Notes under the pieces: model-generated
What the model was told of the DNA's origin: nothing
Database searches by the model: none
Seen by the model: the letters and a program-made list of their open reading frames with translations, nothing else
NCBI GenBank assembly: GCA_964291295.2
Contig: OZ219754.1
Span: forward strand, 2,240,001-2,304,000
Origin: an uncultured Candidatus Binatia bacterium
GTDB lineage: Bacteria > Desulfobacterota > Binatia > UBA9968 > JAJDTQ01
Direction of reading: 5' to 3'
Length of the DNA: 64,000 nt
Made by a program: the position numbers and the translations under genes
In this document: positions 10,596 through 23,717 of the stretch, piece after piece
Layout of the letters: every line of letters begins with the position of its first letter
How positions within the stretch are numbered: the first letter of the stretch is position 1

Positions 10596-11885
10596 TCAGG
10601 ACCGCTCGTTCACCGGCACCGCCTTGCCGTTCACCGGTTCCGCGGGGTTGCCGGCGTGCGCGCCCGCCTGGCCGCCGCGCTTCCGGGCGCGGCGTTTGCG
10701 GGCCGGTCGCTTCCGTGCGGTTTCGGCGGCGTCCGGTTTCGCACCCCGTTTCCGGTCCGCCGGGCTGCCCGACGGCCGCGGGATGGGCTTGCCCAGGATG
10801 TTTTCGATGGCCCGCACCGACTGGCTGTCGGCGTCGGTGGCGAAGCTGGTGGCTCGTCCCACTGCGCTCATCCGCGCGGTGCGGCCGATGCGGTGGACGT
10901 AGTCTTCGGGCGTGTAGGGGAGATCGTAGTTGATGACGTGGCCGATGTTGTCGATGTCCAGACCCCGGGCGGCGATGTCGGTGGCCACCAGGATCCGGTA
11001 GCGGCCCCGGCGGAATCCCTCCAGTGCGGCCCGGCGTCGTTCCAGCGACAGGTTGCCATGGATCTCGGCGGCCCGGTGACCGCTGCGCCGCAGGGTTTCG
11101 GCGATGAGGTCGGCGCGGTTCTTGGTACGGGTGAACACCAGTACCGATTCGTCGTTGTTCTTCAGCAGGGAAAGCAGCAGGGAGGTCTTGGCCCCCGGTG
11201 TGGTGGTGTGAAGCGTGTGGGCGACGCCGTCCGCCGGGGTTGCCGGCCTGGCCACGACGGCGTGAAACGGATCGCGCAGGGACATGCGCGCCAACTCCTC
11301 CAGGTCCGTGGGAAGCGTCGCGGAATAGAGAAAGCTCTGCCGGCCCGGCGGCAGCGCGTCGATGATCTGGTTCAACTGGTCGGCGAATCCCATGTCGAGC
11401 ATGCGGTCGGCCTCGTCCAGCACCACCACCTCGACCTCCCTCAGGTCGAGGTGGCCGTCCCACATGAGATCGAGCAGCCGGCCGGGTGTGGCCACGACGA
11501 TCTCGGGATGTTGCCTGAGACCGCGGATCTGGGCCTGCATGTCGGCACCCCCCACCACGGTGGTGGCATAGACACGCAGCGAGCGCCCGAGCTGGTCGAT
11601 GGTCTCCTGTATCTGGAAGGCAAGCTCACGGGTGGGAGCGAGGATCAATCCACGGGGCGGCCCCGGCGGCGAGCCGGCGAGCCGTTCCACCATGGGAATC
11701 ACGAAGGCCGCGGTCTTGCCCGTGCCGGTCTGCGCGCAGCCCAGGATGTCGCAGCCCTCCAGGGCGGAGGGCAGGGCCAGTTGCTGGATGGGAGTGGGAG
11801 AGGCGAAGCCGACCTTGGCGAGATCCTTGAGCATCGGGTCGGACAAACCGAAGGCGTTGAAATTCGTACTGTCTGATTCCGGCAT
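10596..11885 (-). CDS. DEAD-box RNA helicase (RhlE-like)
   Basis: Q-motif [30 protein letters not shown] and HRIGRTAR; basic C-terminal tail. Confidence 0.93.
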   Translation of the reverse strand: MPESDSTNFNAFGLSDPMLKDLAKVGFASPTPIQQLALPSALEGCDILGCAQTGTGKTAAFVIPMVERLAGSPPGPPRGLILAPTRELAFQIQETIDQLGRSLRVYATTVVGGADMQAQIRGLRQHPEIVVATPGRLLDLMWDGHLDLREVEVVVLDEADRMLDMGFADQLNQIIDALPPGRQSFLYSATLPTDLEELARMSLRDPFHAVVARPATPADGVAHTLHTTTPGAKTSLLLSLLKNNDESVLVFTRTKNRADLIAETLRRSGHRAAEIHGNLSLERRRAALEGFRRGRYRILVATDIAARGLDIDNIGHVINYDLPYTPEDYVHRIGRTARMSAVGRATSFATDADSQSVRAIENILGKPIPRPSGSPADRKRGAKPDAAETARKRPARKRRARKRGGQAGAHAGNPAEPVNGKAVPVNERS

Positions 11886-12133
11886 GAAAGATGTTCCGTA
11901 CTGAGGCTGGATTCTCGTGTCCGCGGCGCTGCGGCCTCGGTTTCCGGGGCGCCGTCTTGTCGATGCAACCGGGCGAAGCGATCGACCCGCGGCGATTGAC
12001 CGAAGCGATTGAAGTGGCGGGGCTCGGTCAACCGCCGGGCACGGCGAGGGTGGACGGCCGGCAGCCTTGTCCGCCCGTCGCGCCCTCCAGGACGATGAAA
12101 TGGGTGACAGAAAGCGACGACAGGATCCAGGCC

Positions 12134-12325
12134 CTAGAGTTCGTCGATGCGGGGCTGCGGACCGGGGACGATGTCGGCGATGTCGGGATCGACATCATCG
12201 TCGCGTTCCGGCCGGTCCTGCCGGGCTTCCCTGCGTTCGGCGCGCCGCCTGGCCTTTTCCTCTTTCTTCTCCTGTTTCGCGCGTTCCCGTTGCCGCTTGG
12301 CAAAGGTGGTTCGTGGTTGAGCCAT
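12134..12325 (-). CDS. Small basic/acidic hypothetical protein (63 aa)
   Basis: MAQPRTTFAKRQRERAKQEKK...DPDIADIVPGPQP. GAGG RBS, typical codon usage, co-oriented between the ybaK-like gene and the DEAD helicase. Confidence 0.7.
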   Translation of the reverse strand: MAQPRTTFAKRQRERAKQEKKEEKARRRAERREARQDRPERDDDVDPDIADIVPGPQPRIDEL

Positions 12326-12334
12326 GCCCTCAGT

Positions 12335-12865
12335 CTAACGCGTCTCGGTGCGAACGCCAAACGGCGGCGGTGCCGGCATCGACAGCCCGTCGACGAATTC
12401 GACGCCGGGTATCCTGTGGAGCTCGGCCGGAGCGATCTTCAGCTTGGACGAACGGCTCCCCGAGCCGAGTATGACGTACTCCCGCGACAGCAGGTTCGGG
12501 TCCGCATAGACCGCAAGTCCGGCAGGCAGCGCGAACGCGGTGACCCCGCCGATCATCATCCCGGTGAGTCCCCGGGTCGCTTCGGCGGAGGCGAACGACG
12601 CCCTTGAGACACCCATCAGCCGTTTGACCGTCCTGTTCACGTCGAGTCGCGCGGAAGCCTGCACGACGCACGCGCAGTAGCTGGGTTCGCCGCGTCTGGA
12701 GGCCACGAGGATGGTGTTGCCGCTGGTCTCCGGCGGGTAGCCGTAGCGCTCGCAGAACGCGGCGGTGTCGGCGAATGCGGGGTCGATGCGGACGAGCTCG
12801 TATGAAACCCCGAGTTCGCCCAGGACGGCCAGGACCCGCGCCTCGATGCCGGTGGAAACGTCCAT
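12335..12865 (-). CDS. YbaK/ProX aminoacyl-tRNA deacylase-like protein
   Basis: DT..FC..YG, SFAS.E....TGM.IGGVT.F and G.GSRSSK motifs. Start overlaps the upstream stop (TGATG). Confidence 0.8.
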   Translation of the reverse strand: MDVSTGIEARVLAVLGELGVSYELVRIDPAFADTAAFCERYGYPPETSGNTILVASRRGEPSYCACVVQASARLDVNRTVKRLMGVSRASFASAEATRGLTGMMIGGVTAFALPAGLAVYADPNLLSREYVILGSGSRSSKLKIAPAELHRIPGVEFVDGLSMPAPPPFGVRTETR

Positions 12866-15156
12866 CAGCCGCCCGGCTCCATCAGCCGGTACACCCGCTC
12901 GGGGTTCATGGGAAGGTCGCGGGCCACGATGCCCACGGCCTTCCTCAACGCGGCCGCGACGGCGGGGGCCACCGGCGCCAGGCCGCCCTCGGCCATGCCC
13001 TTGCTGCCGAAGGGGCCGGGGCCGTCCCGGTTCTCGATCAGGACCGAGTCCAGCACCGCCGGCAGGTCCCTGAACCGGGGCAGGGCGTAGTCGATGACGC
13101 CGGGGTTCTGCAACAGGGCGCCGTCGAACACCTGTTCCTCGGTGAGCGTGTTGCCCATGCCGAACATGATGGAGCCCTGCTCCTGGCCTTCGCACCGCAG
13201 TGGATGCATGGCCTGTCCGATATCCGCGGCGGAGACGTAGTTCAGGCAGCGCACCTTGCCGGTGTCCGGATCCACCGCCACCACCGCGATGCCGGCGTTG
13301 ATCTCCCAGGTGCGGATATCGATGCGGTCCCGGGTGAGGGCCTTGTCCATGCCCCGGCCCACCAGCGTGCCGGTGGTTCCCTCGGCCAGCTCTTCGAGGC
13401 TCAACACCGGCTCGCCGTCACTCGTGAACGCCCCGCCCTCCAGGGCGAGGCTCCGGCGGTCCCGGTCCGACAGCGCCGCCGCCTTTTCCAGCAACAGCTC
13501 CCGCAACTCCTCGGACGCCCGCTTCACGGCATTGCCCATGAGCACGGTGATGCGGCTGCCGTAGACGCCGGAGGCACCGGGCGTGTTGCTGGTGTCGTAG
13601 GGGGCGATGGTGATCCTGTCGATGGCCACCCCGAGCACCTCGGCCGCGGTCTGGGCCAGTACCGTCCTGGCACCGCCGCCGATCTCCGGAGCGTTGGCGT
13701 AGACGGTGAAGCGGGCGTCTTCGTTGAACACGACCCGGGCGTTGTACCGGGTAGTGGAAAGGTCCTTGATGGCGCAGGCGACGCCGGTGCCGATCTTTTC
13801 GCCGGCCTGCGCCAGGGACTCCGGGGCCCGCGTCCGACGGGCCTGTTCGAAGAGTTCCAGGCAGGCGGTGAACGCTCCATGCGGATTGCCGTCCAGCGGC
13901 GGCCCGCCGAGCACGTATTTCTCCCCGGCCCGCAGCAGGTTCTTGAGCCGGAACTCGATGGGGTCGTAGCCGAGCTCGGTGCAGATGTGGTCGGTGTGGG
14001 CCTCGCAGGCCCATCCGAGCTGCACACTGCCGATGCCGCGGAAGGCGCCCGCCGGCACCTTGTTGGTGTAGACCGAAAAGCAGTCGGCCCGGGCGTGCTC
14101 GACCCGGTAGGGTCCCACGGAACGGAACGCCGCCTTGCGCGTCACCTGGATGCCGAAGTCGGCGTAGGCGCCGGTATCCAGGTGGATCTTCGCCTCCCGG
14201 CAAAGCAGGGTGCCGTCCTGCCGCAGTCCCGTGCGGATCTCGATCTCGGCGGGATGGCGCCGGGCGGTGAATGCGGTCTCCTCCATGGAGAGGCGAAGCT
14301 GCACCGCCGCCCCGGAGGCGGCGGCGGCCAGGACCGCCAGGTGCTCGACACCGATGTGGCCCTTGGCCCCGAAGCCGCCGCCGACGTACGGCACCTTCAC
14401 CGTCACCTGTTCCTCCCGGAGGCCGAACATGCGCGCCAGTTCGTCGCGCACCGGAAAGGGAGCCTGCGACGAGGTGTGCACGGTAACGGACCTGTCGTCC
14501 ACGGCGGCGACGGCGCAGTGGGGCTCCATGGGATAGTGGAACAGGGACGGGAAGGAGAAATGGTCCTCGATGACGCGGGCGGCCTCGCGGAAGGCCCGCT
14601 CCGGGTCGCCCGCCACGAAATGGGTGCCGCCGCAGTTGTTGCGGCCGTAGTCGTGGTCGAAGTCGTCCTCGCCTTCGCGGTCGTAGGCGGCATCGGCGTC
14701 GTGCACCGTCGTGCCCCCTGCCAGCGCCGACATCATCTCCGACACCGGCGGCAGCGGCGTGTAGCGGACCTCCACCTGCGCTGCCGCCGCCGCGGCCTCG
14801 GTCTCGCTGTCGGCCACCACGATGGCGACCGGCTCGCCCTGGAACCGCACCTTGTCATGGGCCAGCACCGGCCGGTCCTTGACGGCCTGGCCGTACGGCC
14901 TGACGGTCCGCAGGCATCCCAGCCTGTTGAAGTCGAGGCGGTCATGAGTCACGACAGCGCGCACGCCCGGGGCCGCAAGTGCGGCCTCGAGGTGGATTCC
15001 GTCGATGCGCGCGTGCGCATGGGGACTGCCGACCACCGTGGCGAACTTCATCCCCGGGAGGGTGAGGTCCGCCGCAAAGACCGCGCTGCCGGTCACTTTT
15101 TCGTCCGCATCGAGGCTGCGCACCGATTGGCCCACGTATTTCATGGAACGATTCAT
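12865..15156 (-). CDS. Stand-alone xanthine dehydrogenase-family molybdopterin-binding subunit
   Basis: KVTG.A.F..D, MEPH, VGGGFGAK, AFRG.G and GPFGSKGMAE motifs. Confidence 0.88.
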   Translation of the reverse strand: MNRSMKYVGQSVRSLDADEKVTGSAVFAADLTLPGMKFATVVGSPHAHARIDGIHLEAALAAPGVRAVVTHDRLDFNRLGCLRTVRPYGQAVKDRPVLAHDKVRFQGEPVAIVVADSETEAAAAAAQVEVRYTPLPPVSEMMSALAGGTTVHDADAAYDREGEDDFDHDYGRNNCGGTHFVAGDPERAFREAARVIEDHFSFPSLFHYPMEPHCAVAAVDDRSVTVHTSSQAPFPVRDELARMFGLREEQVTVKVPYVGGGFGAKGHIGVEHLAVLAAAASGAAVQLRLSMEETAFTARRHPAEIEIRTGLRQDGTLLCREAKIHLDTGAYADFGIQVTRKAAFRSVGPYRVEHARADCFSVYTNKVPAGAFRGIGSVQLGWACEAHTDHICTELGYDPIEFRLKNLLRAGEKYVLGGPPLDGNPHGAFTACLELFEQARRTRAPESLAQAGEKIGTGVACAIKDLSTTRYNARVVFNEDARFTVYANAPEIGGGARTVLAQTAAEVLGVAIDRITIAPYDTSNTPGASGVYGSRITVLMGNAVKRASEELRELLLEKAAALSDRDRRSLALEGGAFTSDGEPVLSLEELAEGTTGTLVGRGMDKALTRDRIDIRTWEINAGIAVVAVDPDTGKVRCLNYVSAADIGQAMHPLRCEGQEQGSIMFGMGNTLTEEQVFDGALLQNPGVIDYALPRFRDLPAVLDSVLIENRDGPGPFGSKGMAEGGLAPVAPAVAAALRKAVGIVARDLPMNPERVYRLMEPGG

Positions 15157-15390
15157 CGAAGGAACTCCGTCATGGAAGGAACACCGGAACCGGGGTGTCC
15201 GTCTTCTATAGCGAACCCGCCGCCGCGCCGAAACCGCTGCGACCGTGAAAACGGCGCGTTCAAGACGCGTCCGGCCGGCGGGCCGGTTCGCCAGACATGT
15301 CCCGGCCGTGGCGAAAGCAACCGTATGTTGATAGACTCCCGGGTTCGGCATGACAAGCCGACTGCCTGCCTTGCGTTCGGGGAGGTCCGA

Positions 15391-15417
15391 GGAATTCACG
15401 GAATTCATGGAATTCGC
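15391..15417. repeat. 3 x 9-bp tandem repeat (GGAATTCac/at/gc) in the divergent promoter region
   Basis: ggaattcac ggaattcat ggaattcgc, read directly from the sequence. Confidence 0.8.
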
Positions 15418-15590
15418 GGTGAGACCGGCGGTGTCGTCAAAACCGGCGGGCCGCGGGGCGTCTCCCTGACAGGAAACGACGTGCCAGCTACTGAAACCCG
15501 GATGGTTTTGTGCTACTCCGGCTTGTTTCTCGGGCTTGTTTCGGATACCGGCAAGACTCCTGTCAGCCGTCTTGCAGAGAGCTGTTGGAC

Positions 15591-18500
15591 ATGAAGAAGC
15601 AGTACCAGGGACTCTATGACCCCGCGTATGAACACGATGCCTGCGGCGTGGGGGTGGTGGCCAATCTCGACGGCCGGAAGTCTCACGACATCATTCGCCA
15701 CGCGGTCGAGGTGCTTGTCAACCTGGAGCATCGCGGGGCCTGCGGATGCGACCCCCATACCGGTGACGGCGCGGGTATCCTGTTCCAGATTCCCCACGCC
15801 TTCTTTCATCGGCATTGCCGGCCCATGGGCATCGCCCTGCCCGCTCCGGGCGAGTACGGCGTCGGCATGGTCTTCCTGCCGCGGCAGACGGAAGCGCACC
15901 GGTGGTGCGAGCGGGTCATCGAAGAGACCGTCGGCGCCGAAGGCCAGGAGTTTCTGGGATGGCGCGACGTACCCGTGGATTTCACCCAGGCCGGAGACGT
16001 GGCCACCCGGGTGGCGCCGCTGATCCGGCAGTTCTTTGTCGGCGCCGGCCCGGAGACGGCCACCCGGGACCGGTTCGAGCGCAAGCTCTACGTGATCCGC
16101 AAGGTCATCGAGAACGCGGTGGACAGCGGACTCGCTCCCGAGGTCCGGGACGACTTCTACATCTCCAGCCTGTCCAGCAGGACCGTGGTCTACAAGGGCC
16201 TGTTGCGGGCCGATCAACTGGATTCCTTCTACCGCGACCTCTCCGACGATTCCATCGTCTCGGCCCTGGCCCTGGTGCACTCGCGCTACAGCACCAACAC
16301 GCTGGGCTCGTGGCGGCTGGCGCATCCCTACCGGATGCTGTGCCACAACGGCGAGATCAACACCATCCGGGGCAACCAGAACTGGATGCGCGCGCGGGAA
16401 GCGTTGTTCTCGTCGCCGCTGTTCGGGGACGACATGGCCAAGCTGATGCCGATCATCCGCGAGGGGGCCAGCGATTCCGCGGGATTCGACAACGCCCTGG
16501 AACTGTTGGTGTTCACCGGCCGGTCCCTGCCCCATGCCCTGATGATGATGATTCCCGAGGCCTGGGAAAACCACGAGACCATGTCCGACGAGAAGAAGGC
16601 CTTCTACGCCTATCACGCCTGCCTCATGGAGCCTTGGGACGGTCCCGCGCTCATCGCGGCCTGCGACGGCGACCGGGTGTGCACCACGCTGGACCGGAAC
16701 GGACTGCGGCCCTTCCGTTACGTGGTCACCCGGGACAACTTCATCGTCGGCGCCTCGGAGGCGGGGGTGCTCGACCTGCCCGCCGAGCGCATCCTGACAC
16801 GAGGCCGCCTGCAGCCGGGCCGGTTGTTCCTGATCGATACGCTCGAAGGCCGCATTGTCGCCGACGACGAGATCAAGCACGAGATCAGCACGCGCCGCCC
16901 CTATCGCCGGTGGCTTTCCCGGGAGATGGTGGCGCTGGAAGACCTGCCCGAGCCGGAAGAGACGCCGGGCCTCGACATGGAGACGCTCGCGGAACGCCAA
17001 CGGGCCTTCGGATTCACCAGCGAGGAACTGAAGATCCTCGTCGGCCCCATGGCGGTCCGGGGAGAGGAACCGGTGGGCTCCATGGGCAACGACGCCCCGC
17101 TCGCGGTGCTGTCCAACCGGCCCCAGTTGCTCTTTCACTACTTCAAGCAACTCTTCGCCCAGGTGACCAATCCGCCCCTGGACGCCATCCGTGAAGAGCT
17201 GGTGACCGCCCTGCGGACCTCGGTCGGTTCGGAGCGGGATCTCTTTGCCGAGACCGCTGAACATTGCCGCCAGCTCCAGCTCGCGCGGCCGATCCTGTCC
17301 AATGGCGAGACCGCCCGCATCAAGTCCCTGGACCGCCCCGGACTCAAGGCGGAGACTCTTGCCGCGGTGTTCCCGAAGTCGGCGTCCGCCGGCGCGCTGA
17401 CCGATGCCGTGGAGGCGCTGTGCGCCGAGGCCGGCCGCGCCGTCAAGGACCGGGGCGCGACGGTGCTGGTGCTGTCCGACCGCGGTGTCGGCCCGGACCG
17501 GGTCCAGATCCCGAGCCTGCTGGCCGCCGCGGCGGTCCATCACCACCTCATCCGGGAGGGGCTCCGGACCCGCGCCGCCCTGGTGGTGGAGTCGGGCGAG
17601 CCCAGGGAGGTCATGCATTGCTGCCTGCTCGTCGGCTACGGGGCCAATGCGGTGAACCCCTACCTGGCCCTGGAGACGGTGGAGTGGATGTGCCGCGACG
17701 GCCTGATTCCGGACGTGGACGGCAAGAAGGCCCGGGAAAACCTGCTCAAGGCCCTGTGCAAGGGCGTGCTGAAGACCATGTCCAAGATGGGCATCTCCAC
17801 CATCAAGTCCTATCACGGCGCGCAGATCTTCGAGGCCATCGGGCTGAAGCAGGCGGTCATCGACCGCTACTTCACCTGGACGGCCTCGCGCATCGAAGGC
17901 ATCGGCCTCGACGAAATCGAGCAGGAGTACCGCCTGCACCACCATCACGGCTATCCGGAGCGCACGGTTGCCGGCGACGGCGCACTGGATGTGGGTGGCT
18001 ACTATCAATGGCGCAAGGACGGGGAGCACCACCTCTTCAACCCGCATACCATCGCGCTGCTGCAGACCTCCACGCAAACCGGCGACTACGGATTGTTCCG
18101 GGAATATTCGCGGCAGATCGACGACCAGACCCGGCTGCTGGGGACGCTTCGGGGCCTGTTCGAGTTCAGGTCGGCGCAGCCGTCCGTGCCCATCGACGAG
18201 GTGGAACCGGCGTCGGAGATCGTCAAGCGGTTCTCCACCGGGGCCATGTCCTACGGCTCCATCAGCAAGGAGGCCCACGAGAGCCTGGCCATCGCCATGA
18301 ACCGCATCGGCGGCCGCAGCAACTCGGGCGAGGGCGGCGAGGACCCGGACCGCTACCACCCCGACGCCGACGGCAACTGGCGCAACAGCGCCATCAAGCA
18401 GGTCGCTTCCGGGCGCTTCGGCGTCACCAGCAACTATCTGGTCAACTGCACCGACCTGCAGATCAAGATGGCCCAGGGGGCCAAGCCGGGCGAGGGCGGA

Positions 18501-20141
18501 CAACTGCCCGGTCACAAGGTGTTCGAGGCCATCGCCCGGGTGCGGAAATCCACCCCGGGCGTGGGGCTCATCTCCCCGCCGCCGCACCACGACATCTACT
18601 CCATCGAGGACCTGGCCCAGTTGATCCACGATCTCAAGTGCGCCAACGACCGTGCGCGCGTCCACGTCAAACTGGTGGCCGAAGTGGGCGTCGGCACGGT
18701 GGCCGCGGGCGTCTCCAAGGGCAAGGCGGACGTGGTGCTGATCAGCGGCTACGACGGCGGCACCGGCGCCTCTCCGGAGTCCTCGATGAAACACGCCGGC
18801 GTCCCTTGGGAGCTGGGGGTTGCCGAGACGCAGCAGGTGCTGGTGCGGAACGATCTGCGGGGCCGCATCGTCGTGCAGACCGACGGGCAGCTCAAGACCG
18901 GACGGGACGTGGCCGTCGCCTGCCTGCTGGGCGCGGAGGAGTTCGGCTTCGCCACCACTGCACTGGTGGTCAGCGGCTGCATCATGCTGCGCAAATGCCA
19001 TCTCAACACCTGCTCGGTGGGGGTGGCGACGCAGGACGCGGAGCTGCGAAAGAAGTTCACCGGCAAGCCGGAACATGTCGTCAACTTCATGATGTTCATC
19101 GCCGAGCAGTTGCGGGAGGTCATGGCGGAGCTGGGTTTCCGCACCGTCAACGAGATGGTCGGGCGCGCCGACTGCCTCGACACCCGCAAGGCCATCGAAC
19201 ACTGGAAGGCCAAGGGACTGGACTTCTCCAGGCTGCTCGCATCGGTGGAGGTGCCGTCGTCGGTGGCCCGGTACTGCCGCGAGACGCAGGACCACGGGCT
19301 GGACAAGAAGCTCGACCAGCGGCTCATCGAAGCGGCCCGGGAAGCTCTCGAGGAGCGCAACCCGGTGGTCATCCGCCACGAGATCCACAACATCGACCGC
19401 ACCGCGGGGACCTTGCTCAGCGCCGAGGTGTCGCGCCGTTACGGCGAGGAGGGACTGCCCCGGGGCACCATCCGGGTCGATCTCTTCGGTTCCGCCGGGC
19501 AGAGCTTCGGCGCGTTCCTGGCTCCGGGCGTCTCGCTCTTCCTTGAGGGGGAGTCCAACGACTACACCGGCAAGGGGCTGTCCGGCGGCGTCATGGCGGT
19601 CTATCCCCCCGAGAACGCCGCGTTCAATCCCACCGAGAACATCATCATCGGCAATGTGGCCCTCTACGGCGCCACCGGCGGCCAGGCCTTCTTCCGCGGT
19701 CGCGCCGGCGAACGTTTCGCGGTGCGCAACAGCGGCGCCGAAACCGTCGTCGAAGGCGTCGGCGACCACGGTTGCGAGTACATGACCGGCGGCCGCGTGG
19801 TGGTGCTGGGGCCGGTGGGGCGCAACTTCGCCGCCGGCATGAGCGGCGGCGTCGCCTACGTGCTGGATGAGGACGGCGTCTTCCCGGGGCTGTGCAACCG
19901 GCAGATGGTGGACCTGGAGCCTCTGGAGGACGCAGAGGATGTCGCACACCTCCGTCGCCTCATCGAGGCCCACGTGGAGCATACCGGCAGCGACCGGGGC
20001 GCCCGGGTGCTGGAGCGCTGGCCGCGAGGGTCGTTCGTGAAGGTCATGCCGGTGGACTACCGCCGGGCCTTGCAGGAGATGGCCGCCCGCGCGGCGCAGG
20101 TGGCCGAATCCGCCGGAGCGGCGGCGTCCGCTTCGGCTTGA
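15591..20141 (+). CDS. gltB: Glutamate synthase large subunit
   Basis: HDACGVG N-terminal nucleophile, [41 protein letters not shown] 3Fe-4S motif, GXGXG domain. Confidence 0.97.
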   Translation: MKKQYQGLYDPAYEHDACGVGVVANLDGRKSHDIIRHAVEVLVNLEHRGACGCDPHTGDGAGILFQIPHAFFHRHCRPMGIALPAPGEYGVGMVFLPRQTEAHRWCERVIEETVGAEGQEFLGWRDVPVDFTQAGDVATRVAPLIRQFFVGAGPETATRDRFERKLYVIRKVIENAVDSGLAPEVRDDFYISSLSSRTVVYKGLLRADQLDSFYRDLSDDSIVSALALVHSRYSTNTLGSWRLAHPYRMLCHNGEINTIRGNQNWMRAREALFSSPLFGDDMAKLMPIIREGASDSAGFDNALELLVFTGRSLPHALMMMIPEAWENHETMSDEKKAFYAYHACLMEPWDGPALIAACDGDRVCTTLDRNGLRPFRYVVTRDNFIVGASEAGVLDLPAERILTRGRLQPGRLFLIDTLEGRIVADDEIKHEISTRRPYRRWLSREMVALEDLPEPEETPGLDMETLAERQRAFGFTSEELKILVGPMAVRGEEPVGSMGNDAPLAVLSNRPQLLFHYFKQLFAQVTNPPLDAIREELVTALRTSVGSERDLFAETAEHCRQLQLARPILSNGETARIKSLDRPGLKAETLAAVFPKSASAGALTDAVEALCAEAGRAVKDRGATVLVLSDRGVGPDRVQIPSLLAAAAVHHHLIREGLRTRAALVVESGEPREVMHCCLLVGYGANAVNPYLALETVEWMCRDGLIPDVDGKKARENLLKALCKGVLKTMSKMGISTIKSYHGAQIFEAIGLKQAVIDRYFTWTASRIEGIGLDEIEQEYRLHHHHGYPERTVAGDGALDVGGYYQWRKDGEHHLFNPHTIALLQTSTQTGDYGLFREYSRQIDDQTRLLGTLRGLFEFRSAQPSVPIDEVEPASEIVKRFSTGAMSYGSISKEAHESLAIAMNRIGGRSNSGEGGEDPDRYHPDADGNWRNSAIKQVASGRFGVTSNYLVNCTDLQIKMAQGAKPGEGGQLPGHKVFEAIARVRKSTPGVGLISPPPHHDIYSIEDLAQLIHDLKCANDRARVHVKLVAEVGVGTVAAGVSKGKADVVLISGYDGGTGASPESSMKHAGVPWELGVAETQQVLVRNDLRGRIVVQTDGQLKTGRDVAVACLLGAEEFGFATTALVVSGCIMLRKCHLNTCSVGVATQDAELRKKFTGKPEHVVNFMMFIAEQLREVMAELGFRTVNEMVGRADCLDTRKAIEHWKAKGLDFSRLLASVEVPSSVARYCRETQDHGLDKKLDQRLIEAAREALEERNPVVIRHEIHNIDRTAGTLLSAEVSRRYGEEGLPRGTIRVDLFGSAGQSFGAFLAPGVSLFLEGESNDYTGKGLSGGVMAVYPPENAAFNPTENIIIGNVALYGATGGQAFFRGRAGERFAVRNSGAETVVEGVGDHGCEYMTGGRVVVLGPVGRNFAAGMSGGVAYVLDEDGVFPGLCNRQMVDLEPLEDAEDVAHLRRLIEAHVEHTGSDRGARVLERWPRGSFVKVMPVDYRRALQEMAARAAQVAESAGAAASASA

Positions 20142-20222
20142 GCGGTCGCGCCCACCCAAGCCATACAGGTTCAGGATCGAAGGGCAGGGGGCGTTGCCGG
20201 GAGACGTCTCCGGGTTGTCGTT

Positions 20223-21719
<1,497 letters not shown>

Positions 21720-21726
21720 GCGGGCC

Positions 21727-22644
21727 TCACGTCCACGCCAGCAGGAACACCCCACCGACGATCAGCACGGCGCCCGCGCCGTCCCGTAACCGCACCACCT
21801 CGATGCCCTTCAGGGTGAAGTGCGCCAGCGCGAAGGTGACCAGGGGCTGGATGTTCCAGATGGGTCCCACGATCACTGCCGGTGCGTGGACCACCGCCAG
21901 GAAGGTGAGAAGGGTGCCGATGCCGTGGACGATGCCGGAAAGGGCGAAGCAAACGGTGCCCGCCAGGGGCACCCCGCGCCAGACGATGCGGACGCGCACG
22001 GCCCGGCCGAGCAGCCCGAGGAACAGCAGTCCGGTGACCTGGGTGATCACGGCGCCGACGATGGGGTCGCCGCCCTGCAGCACGCCGAGCCGCTTGAGGA
22101 TCGGCCCCAGGCTGTAGAAGACGAAGGAGAGGGCGGCATTGCCCAGGCCCGCCAGGGGCGCGGCGGATTCCGCGGCGGCCCCCGTGGCGCGAGTGATGAG
22201 AAGGATGCCGGCAACGATGACGGCGACCCCGCCGAAGGTTCCGATGGTGGCGGATTCGCCCAGGAAGGTGACGCCGATCACCGCGGTGAGCAGCGGCGAC
22301 GCGTTCTTGATGGACTGCGCGCGGGAGGCGCCGATCTGGTCGATGGCCCGGAGCAGGAAGACGCGGCCGAAGAAGGCGCCCACCGCGCCCAGGAGGACAA
22401 AGGTGGCGACCGCGGCCAGAGGGACCGGCAGGCCCCCGGCGCCGTAGCCGACCACCCAAACCAGCAGCAGGAACGCCACCATGGCGAGTTGCTGCACGGT
22501 CACCGCGGCATCCACGTTGGAGTGGACCAGGCCGCGCTTCACCAGCGGGGGCACCAGCCCCCAGACGATGCCCCCGGCCAGGGCGTAAATGATCCCGAGT
22601 CCCACGCCGGCAGGCTGCTTCCAGGTCAAGCGGCCCCGGCCCAT
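21727..22644 (-). CDS. DMT/EamA family transporter
   Basis: About 10 hydrophobic helices in two repeats; G.SRA, P....V.FLGE pattern. Confidence 0.8.
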   Translation of the reverse strand: MGRGRLTWKQPAGVGLGIIYALAGGIVWGLVPPLVKRGLVHSNVDAAVTVQQLAMVAFLLLVWVVGYGAGGLPVPLAAVATFVLLGAVGAFFGRVFLLRAIDQIGASRAQSIKNASPLLTAVIGVTFLGESATIGTFGGVAVIVAGILLITRATGAAAESAAPLAGLGNAALSFVFYSLGPILKRLGVLQGGDPIVGAVITQVTGLLFLGLLGRAVRVRIVWRGVPLAGTVCFALSGIVHGIGTLLTFLAVVHAPAVIVGPIWNIQPLVTFALAHFTLKGIEVVRLRDGAGAVLIVGGVFLLAWT

Positions 22645-22672
22645 GGCGCGGGGACGGCCAAGACCTCAGGCC

Positions 22673-23101
22673 TCACTGGGCGGGCAACACCTTGATGCGG
22701 ATGGTGTGCGCCATCTTCGCCCCAAGGGAGCGATGGAGGCCGTCGGCGAACTGCAGGGTCAGCGTGTAGCCGCCGGGGTCGAGAGTGAGCGTGGTTTCGG
22801 TCTCGCCCTTGCCGAAATGCAAGTGGGTCCTGTCCGTCGGGATCACCTTTCCCCCGCGCATGGGCCCCTTGTTGATGAGGATGTGGTGATGCCCGGTCCC
22901 CGCCACCACGCCGCCGGCGGGCTTGATCGCCATGCCATCCACTCCCATCACGACTTTCACCGGGCTCCGGACTTCCGCCCCGTCCTTCGGCTCGATGAAA
23001 AAGACCCGCTTCTCCGGCTCGGCTCCCGCCGCATGACCCGCCAGCGACAGGAATCCCGCCAGCGCCACCACCGCGAATCGACGCACTCCCGGCCCGTTCA
23101 T
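22673..23101 (-). CDS. DUF4399 domain exported protein
   Basis: Signal peptide, VFFIEPKDG, GTGHHHILI, HFGKGETET and TLTLQFADG.H motifs. Confidence 0.85.
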   Translation of the reverse strand: MNGPGVRRFAVVALAGFLSLAGHAAGAEPEKRVFFIEPKDGAEVRSPVKVVMGVDGMAIKPAGGVVAGTGHHHILINKGPMRGGKVIPTDRTHLHFGKGETETTLTLDPGGYTLTLQFADGLHRSLGAKMAHTIRIKVLPAQ

Positions 23102-23363
23102 GGTGAACTCCTTTCTCTTCAAAGCCTGGCTGCAACCGCGCCGGCCATGCGCGGCGGCGCGGCGCATGGTTCAGTCGCCTGCAGTTGCAGGCCAGTGTTA
23201 CCAAGGACCACTCGACCTCCAGTTGCTCAAGCCCCCCTCAACAGGAATTGCCGAAATTCCATCCCCTGCGCTACCCCGCCGAATACGGGCTCCATTGCGG
23301 CCCGGTCGTCGAACGCGCACACCGTGACCGGGACCTCCGCCATTCGGGCCGGTCTGCTTGATG

Positions 23364-23717
23364 TCACTGTCGCACCCGAATACGCGAGTCCTCGACGATC
23401 CAAAGCTGACCGGCGAGCGTTGTGTCGGACAGCGCATGGAGCAGCCGGGCTCCGATTTCCAGGATAGGGTTGCGAGACCGAGTGCTTGGTCGAAACACGA
23501 CAAGTCCGGAATAGGCGTCGGGCGGATATGTCCGGATGTCCGCAAAATCCGTATCAAGCGTCACGAAGGCCCGGCCTTCGCGCCTGCAGACCGATGCAAG
23601 GGTTGAGTCCCGCGCTCCCTTGAGATCCTGGTCGAATGCCGTCACCGCGTCGTACCCGGCTGCTCGGAAGAGATCCACCAGATTGACGGGAAGATTCTCG
23701 TCCAGCTTGAACCGCAT
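23364..23717 (-). CDS. DUF5615 / VapC45-like PIN toxin
   Basis: MRFKLDENLP, VTLDTDF and SRIRVR motifs. Confidence 0.85.
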   Translation of the reverse strand: MRFKLDENLPVNLVDLFRAAGYDAVTAFDQDLKGARDSTLASVCRREGRAFVTLDTDFADIRTYPPDAYSGLVVFRPSTRSRNPILEIGARLLHALSDTTLAGQLWIVEDSRIRVRQ

